From assembly GCA_016783505.1 (NCBI GenBank), contig JADHWK010000014.1:1-50472 (forward strand): a DNA stretch of 50,472 nucleotides. Reading direction: 5' to 3'. The first letter of the stretch is position 1. Every line of letters starts with the position of its first letter. Source of the stretch: Candidatus Zhuqueibacterota bacterium (GTDB lineage Bacteria; BS750m-G25). Position numbers and translations under genes: made by a program. The notes beneath the pieces are model-generated. The model did not search any database and was not told the DNA's origin. It was given only the letters and a program-made list of their open reading frames with translations. Below, piece by piece: positions 46,131 to 50,472 of the stretch.

Positions 46131-47906
46131 ATGAAGGTTTTTAAGAAACTGGGTTTTGACTTAGGCTATTTAGCGCTGCTCACCAAGGAGGATGTCAAAC
46201 CCCTGAGCCGCTGGGAGGGTGGATTCTCCCATAAAAAGATAAAAGCACTCCAATGTCTGGGGTTAAAAACCGGGGTGGTGGAGAGAAGGCTATTAAACGG
46301 CGGCAATACCAGTGAACTTATCTTCAGCAAATCCTCCAACTATCTGGACTTCTACACGAATCGGTTTGATAAGATGCCTATCAAGAAGGATTACGAAACC
46401 AAGATTACGGAGGGATTTCTCTTCGGTTATCCCGGTTGTTGTGCCCGCAATTTTGCTGAAAATGGTTATACCGAGAATAAATACGCAGGCAATGGCCAGG
46501 AAATCCTCTTCCACTGGGTATGCCAGGACTGCCGGATAACTCCCTCGCTTCTCCCCTATTATGAAAAGGTTCATAATGAATGCAAAGAAATCTTTGCTGA
46601 CCAGGGATTGGACAGTGCCAGGTTTTTAAAAAACCTACTGCCCGCAGCCGCACTATCCCTGCTTTTTTCGGTTCTTCCGGCCAATGTCAGGGGTGACGAT
46701 CCCCACTGGCTTCCCTTGGGAGTGGACGATCCGGATAATAATTATCTCACTTATTCTGAAGAGGTTCTTCTTGGAACACAACATAACTACTTTCCCCAGG
46801 ACAGCTTAGCTGGCCCCGCCAAGGCCCTGGATTTTAAAGCGATCGTTGATTCTCTGCCGGTGGCCTCTGATTTGACAGCCCCAGACTCCACCTGTTATAT
46901 AGTTGAACATTTGGCTAATGGGTTTGAATACTGTCAGGTTTGTGGCGATACGCTCAATATGGGATTTATTGAGGTTGTCAACCCAATGAGGGATTTATCC
47001 GTTCAAATACCCTTTATGGGCCTTCATTTTCTGGAAAATGGCAGCTTCTCGTTTGATGGAACTGAGAATTCAGGCCGGATTGATATAGAGCTTCTGAAAG
47101 AAGTGCTGGCTCATTATGACACCACTCATTACTCTATATCAACTTCAAATGACGGGGATAATGATGGTTTAAACGATGAATACGAAGATGATTTTGGTAC
47201 CCAGTTGAATAATCCTGATAGCAACGGCAATCAATTGGTTGATGGTGCGGAAGTTGCAGAGGAACTGATTGAGGCAGTTTCAGGGTTGCCGGCGATTATG
47301 ATGGGCGAGGATCCACCCGTTGACTCAATCTATATAGAATATTGTCCAACCTGGGGTATGGAAACCTGTGATATCTGCGGAATTGATATAAATATGGGAT
47401 TCGTTCATATTGTAAACCCCGTGGAAAATACCGAAATTAATTTTTCTATTATAGGGCTTCACTATTTAGCCCATGGAAGGTTTGCCTATGGGGGAAGCAC
47501 AAATTCTGGAGAGATTGACGCCCTGGAATTGGCACAGGTTCTGGGGAATCAAGGAATAGTTACTATATTAGAGAGACTTGCCGACAAAAAAAGCTTCAGT
47601 TTGAAAAATTACCCAACCCCATTCAACACCTCTACTGTAATCAGTTACAGTTTACCAGAACACGGCCTCGTTAACCTGACAATTTACAACGTTCTCGGTC
47701 AAAGGGTTAAGACCCTGGTGGAAGAATTCAAGCCATCCGGCAGCCATAAGACCCAGTGGGACGGCACTGATGATCAGGGACGGGGGGTAAGTTCGGGGGT
47801 ATATATTTACCAGTTACGAGCCGCATCTGAAGATGGGTGGTCCCATCTCCGGGCAGGAAAGGCGGGGAATTTTGTGGGGTCTGGAAAAATGTTACTGATA
47901 AGATAG
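46131..47906 (+). CDS. DUF483-like (GYPxCC) domain + internal signal/TM segment + duplicated CxxC domain + C-terminal sorting domain
   Basis: ATG 46131 after AGGAGG; EGFLFGYPGCC..HWVCQDC; RFLKNLLPAAALSLLFSVLPANVRG; two GxExCxxCG...NMGF...NP...GLH(F/Y)L..G.F.(F/Y).G..NSG.ID repeats; NYPTPFN...KMLLIR. Confidence 0.75.
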   Translation: MKVFKKLGFDLGYLALLTKEDVKPLSRWEGGFSHKKIKALQCLGLKTGVVERRLLNGGNTSELIFSKSSNYLDFYTNRFDKMPIKKDYETKITEGFLFGYPGCCARNFAENGYTENKYAGNGQEILFHWVCQDCRITPSLLPYYEKVHNECKEIFADQGLDSARFLKNLLPAAALSLLFSVLPANVRGDDPHWLPLGVDDPDNNYLTYSEEVLLGTQHNYFPQDSLAGPAKALDFKAIVDSLPVASDLTAPDSTCYIVEHLANGFEYCQVCGDTLNMGFIEVVNPMRDLSVQIPFMGLHFLENGSFSFDGTENSGRIDIELLKEVLAHYDTTHYSISTSNDGDNDGLNDEYEDDFGTQLNNPDSNGNQLVDGAEVAEELIEAVSGLPAIMMGEDPPVDSIYIEYCPTWGMETCDICGIDINMGFVHIVNPVENTEINFSIIGLHYLAHGRFAYGGSTNSGEIDALELAQVLGNQGIVTILERLADKKSFSLKNYPTPFNTSTVISYSLPEHGLVNLTIYNVLGQRVKTLVEEFKPSGSHKTQWDGTDDQGRGVSSGVYIYQLRAASEDGWSHLRAGKAGNFVGSGKMLLIR

Positions 47907-48002
47907 TGAGTGGGTTTCCATACAACAAAAAATATTTTTAGTTGGAATGATTTTTATGGTTTAATGATAACAACAAAAAGAAAGGTCTTAGGTGATTCGC
48001 CA

Positions 48003-50472
48003 ATGAAAAGAGCTATCAGTGTTTTAGGGATTTTCTGGCTGGCCGTTTTTTCCTTTGCTCTAGCCCAGAACAACCCGCCCCAAATTTTGGTGGACGGGAT
48101 TCACGGGGAAAGAGTTGATCTGTCAGCTACCTTCCCCGATTATCAATTTGATCTTTTAACTCCGGCCGATGCCCAGATTGATTTGGTACTCTATTCGGGG
48201 ACGATTACCAACCCTGATCCTTATTCTATCATTATCATTCCCGTTGAGGTGTCTGGGGGTGAGGCGCTGCTGGTGAAGGTGACCGACATCGTGACCGATT
48301 ATCAGCTCTATGTTTCCCTTACTAACCCTTCCGGGGAAATGGCAGCCCTGGACAATAGCGAGGGGGGCATCGCCGGGGTGCACTTCGATGACCCCGAAGC
48401 AGGGGCGTGGACCGTTCAACTGTGGCAATTCTCTTCATGTTACATAGAAATCGGCACCGGGCCGGATGTGATTAACCCTGATCTTCTGGCCGTTTATGAT
48501 GCCATTATGAGGTTATGGAACGAGGAATTAGGTTTTTTGGTAGAGCTTCCTGAATATTCTGAAGATGAGGAAGCCGCCATCAACATTTTTTTAGGAGGCG
48601 GCAAAGGATTTCTCTATATTAGGGAACCGATAAATGTGTCGGTTGATAAACCTATAATAAGACTGTATTCCAGGGAAAGAATAAATGTGGGAATCTCCAT
48701 AGATCTGCCTGGTTCACCGACCTATTCCAAGCCCAGCGCTGTCTTGGAATCCCAAATCGGGTTTACCAGGCTGAAATGGCCCGATGTCCAGGTAGAGGAA
48801 AGGGATTTCGTGGAAATTGACTATGAAGGGCGGATCTTTCCAGCAGTCTATCACCTAAAAATAGATATAGACGGATCCGGCTCTTCGATGAACTGGGAGA
48901 ACCTATCGCCGTATCACCTAAAACATCTCCATCTTTTCAAATATAAAACTACCAATTCCTACTCTTATGCTTATCAGGGTGATCTTTCCGGGAATGCGGG
49001 GGACAGGCTATCAGTGGAACAGGAATTGACTGAGGAAGAATTGCGTTTATTACTCGAAAGGGCTTTAAAGAAAGAGGCTTTTAAAGGAGGAATGACCCCA
49101 GAGGAAAGCAAGGAGTTCTTCGCGAAGTACGCCTGGGTTGAACGCTGGCTGGTCCAGGCTAAGAAGGTCGGGGGCTGGACGGCGATCTATCAGATAACCG
49201 GGGAAGCCTATGATGATCTTCTCCCGTTGAAGATGGATGTTAACCCCCGGGAAGTGGTGCGCATCCTTTGGGTTTGGTTGACCAATATTCCCCAGGGAAT
49301 GCCTTCCAAGGAGCGGATAGGTTATCCTATCCATTTGGCCGGGCCGGGGATAGAGATAGATCACCGTTCACCGTTGGTAATCCACGAATATGGGATTATG
49401 AGAGCCATCTATCCCTTTGTCCAACAACTGGACAATCTAAACTTCGGAGGCATACAATTTTATAACGAATACCTCCTGGATCCCACCGACAATGACGGTT
49501 TCGAGTATATTCCGATCATCCACACCTTTGCGGATAATGATCTTGCCGACAGCTTGAGATTTGGGGTTGAGCAGCTCCGGCTGAGTTTTGCCTCCCCGGT
49601 GGCCCCGGTTTCGGACAGCGCTTTTGTCATTGCTATGGGGGATGAGGATGCCTATTCAGTTAATCCTGATTCGGCCACGCAGACAGGTACCTTTCCCCCG
49701 GGGAGCTATCCACCGGCAGTGGTAGCGAGTCGAGAGTTCGGGGGCAGGATCATCGGGATCGGGGATATGGCTATTTTGAATGACTCGCTGGATAACTGGC
49801 AATTCATGCGTAACTGCTTAGATTGGGTTTCGGGAAGGGCCCCGGCCCAAGAAGGGTGGGTCTGCATTAATAGCGATTTGCCAGATACCTATATTAACGC
49901 AATCAGCGTCCATCCTTATTTTTCTGATACCCTTTACGTGGCCACTAATTGGGGGGCTTATCAAACAGGGGATGGGGGTCTTTATTGGGCTCAAATAGAA
50001 TTTTCAGATAACAACAATGTTATGGTGTCAGCCCTTGAAGCTGTCGTTAACCCTTTCGTAAACGACCCTTGGGCTACCATCTATCTGGGAACATTCGAAC
50101 CTCTAGTCATCGAGGGCTTCGGTGGAAGGATTTTTAGAAGTTGGATTGATGGGGAAGAGTGGGTCAACACTAATTTCCCCAATTTCGCTGTCACTGCGGT
50201 GAAAATCTTTGAACCCAATCCTGGCGTTGCCTTTGCCGGGGCCTATGATCCCTGGCGTGGGGTGGGTAGGCTTTACTGGCTGTCTTCTTCAGGAATCTGG
50301 GAAGACCTGCACCTCTGCGATACCCTGTTGGTGCGAGTGAACTGCATCGAGGTGGACGAGGCGGATTCCAACTTCATCCTGGCGGGGACCGACCACGGGG
50401 TCTTTATCACCGAAGATGGGGGGCTCAATTGGTCCCGACATCTGGATAATTTTAACATTTCGTCTGTTTTTA
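48003..50472 (+). CDS. Large secreted multidomain protein with BNR/Asp-box beta-propeller, 3'-truncated by the window edge
   Basis: MKRAISVLGIFWLAVFSFALA|Q signal peptide; the frame stays open to the end, so it is absent from the ORF track. Motifs ILVDGIHG, KPIIRLY, GRIIGIGD...DNWQFMRNCLDW, and T.DGG..W boxes. Confidence 0.85.
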   Translation, partial: MKRAISVLGIFWLAVFSFALAQNNPPQILVDGIHGERVDLSATFPDYQFDLLTPADAQIDLVLYSGTITNPDPYSIIIIPVEVSGGEALLVKVTDIVTDYQLYVSLTNPSGEMAALDNSEGGIAGVHFDDPEAGAWTVQLWQFSSCYIEIGTGPDVINPDLLAVYDAIMRLWNEELGFLVELPEYSEDEEAAINIFLGGGKGFLYIREPINVSVDKPIIRLYSRERINVGISIDLPGSPTYSKPSAVLESQIGFTRLKWPDVQVEERDFVEIDYEGRIFPAVYHLKIDIDGSGSSMNWENLSPYHLKHLHLFKYKTTNSYSYAYQGDLSGNAGDRLSVEQELTEEELRLLLERALKKEAFKGGMTPEESKEFFAKYAWVERWLVQAKKVGGWTAIYQITGEAYDDLLPLKMDVNPREVVRILWVWLTNIPQGMPSKERIGYPIHLAGPGIEIDHRSPLVIHEYGIMRAIYPFVQQLDNLNFGGIQFYNEYLLDPTDNDGFEYIPIIHTFADNDLADSLRFGVEQLRLSFASPVAPVSDSAFVIAMGDEDAYSVNPDSATQTGTFPPGSYPPAVVASREFGGRIIGIGDMAILNDSLDNWQFMRNCLDWVSGRAPAQEGWVCINSDLPDTYINAISVHPYFSDTLYVATNWGAYQTGDGGLYWAQIEFSDNNNVMVSALEAVVNPFVNDPWATIYLGTFEPLVIEGFGGRIFRSWIDGEEWVNTNFPNFAVTAVKIFEPNPGVAFAGAYDPWRGVGRLYWLSSSGIWEDLHLCDTLLVRVNCIEVDEADSNFILAGTDHGVFITEDGGLNWSRHLDNFNISSVF

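Overview
Bacterial chromosomal window. Several secreted proteins ending in an NYPNPFN C-terminal sorting/FlgD-Ig domain, plus an LptD-like gene, suggest an FCB-group lineage such as KSB1, Calditrichota or Zixibacteria (inference). Essentially all intact genes are on the + strand. (1) 1-13.6 kb is host backbone: a PK_C-type protein, a nuclease-free protein built from 7 (plus 1 decayed) homing-endonuclease-associated-like repeats, two NUDIX hydrolases, a Lrp/AsnC ligand-binding protein, an M48 peptidase, a CPA2 antiporter-PTS EIIA fusion, a Lys/Glu-rich protein, rarA, an lptD-like gene and tRNA-Ser(UGA). (2) 13631-29561 is an AT-rich ~15.9 kb integrative island in tRNA-Ser(GCU). Unusually, it duplicates the 5' half of the tRNA (43-bp direct repeat, 1 mismatch). 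It carries secreted proteins (one split by an in-frame TAG), a trypsin-like protease with attC-like relics, a methyltransferase plus putative nuclease, a relic integrase, a relic tRNA-Phe 5' half, three tandem promoter-short RNA-terminator units ahead of a dead excisionase copy, an intact excisionase-like gene and two intact tyrosine recombinases. (3) 29.6-50.5 kb is host DNA: a beta-barrel-like protein, a two-component cluster with multi-PAS kinases and a D-to-E receiver, a sigma-54 activator/Ser-Thr kinase/Kelch/TPR cluster with visible -24/-12 promoters and UAS-like palindromes, and secreted proteins including a DUF483-like fusion and a large ORF that runs off the end. Intergenic DNA is full of inverted 7-8-mer repeat elements (two hold four-helix-bundle gene fragments) and 15-24 bp palindromic micro-elements. 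Family assignments come from motif recognition by eye; no searches were run.
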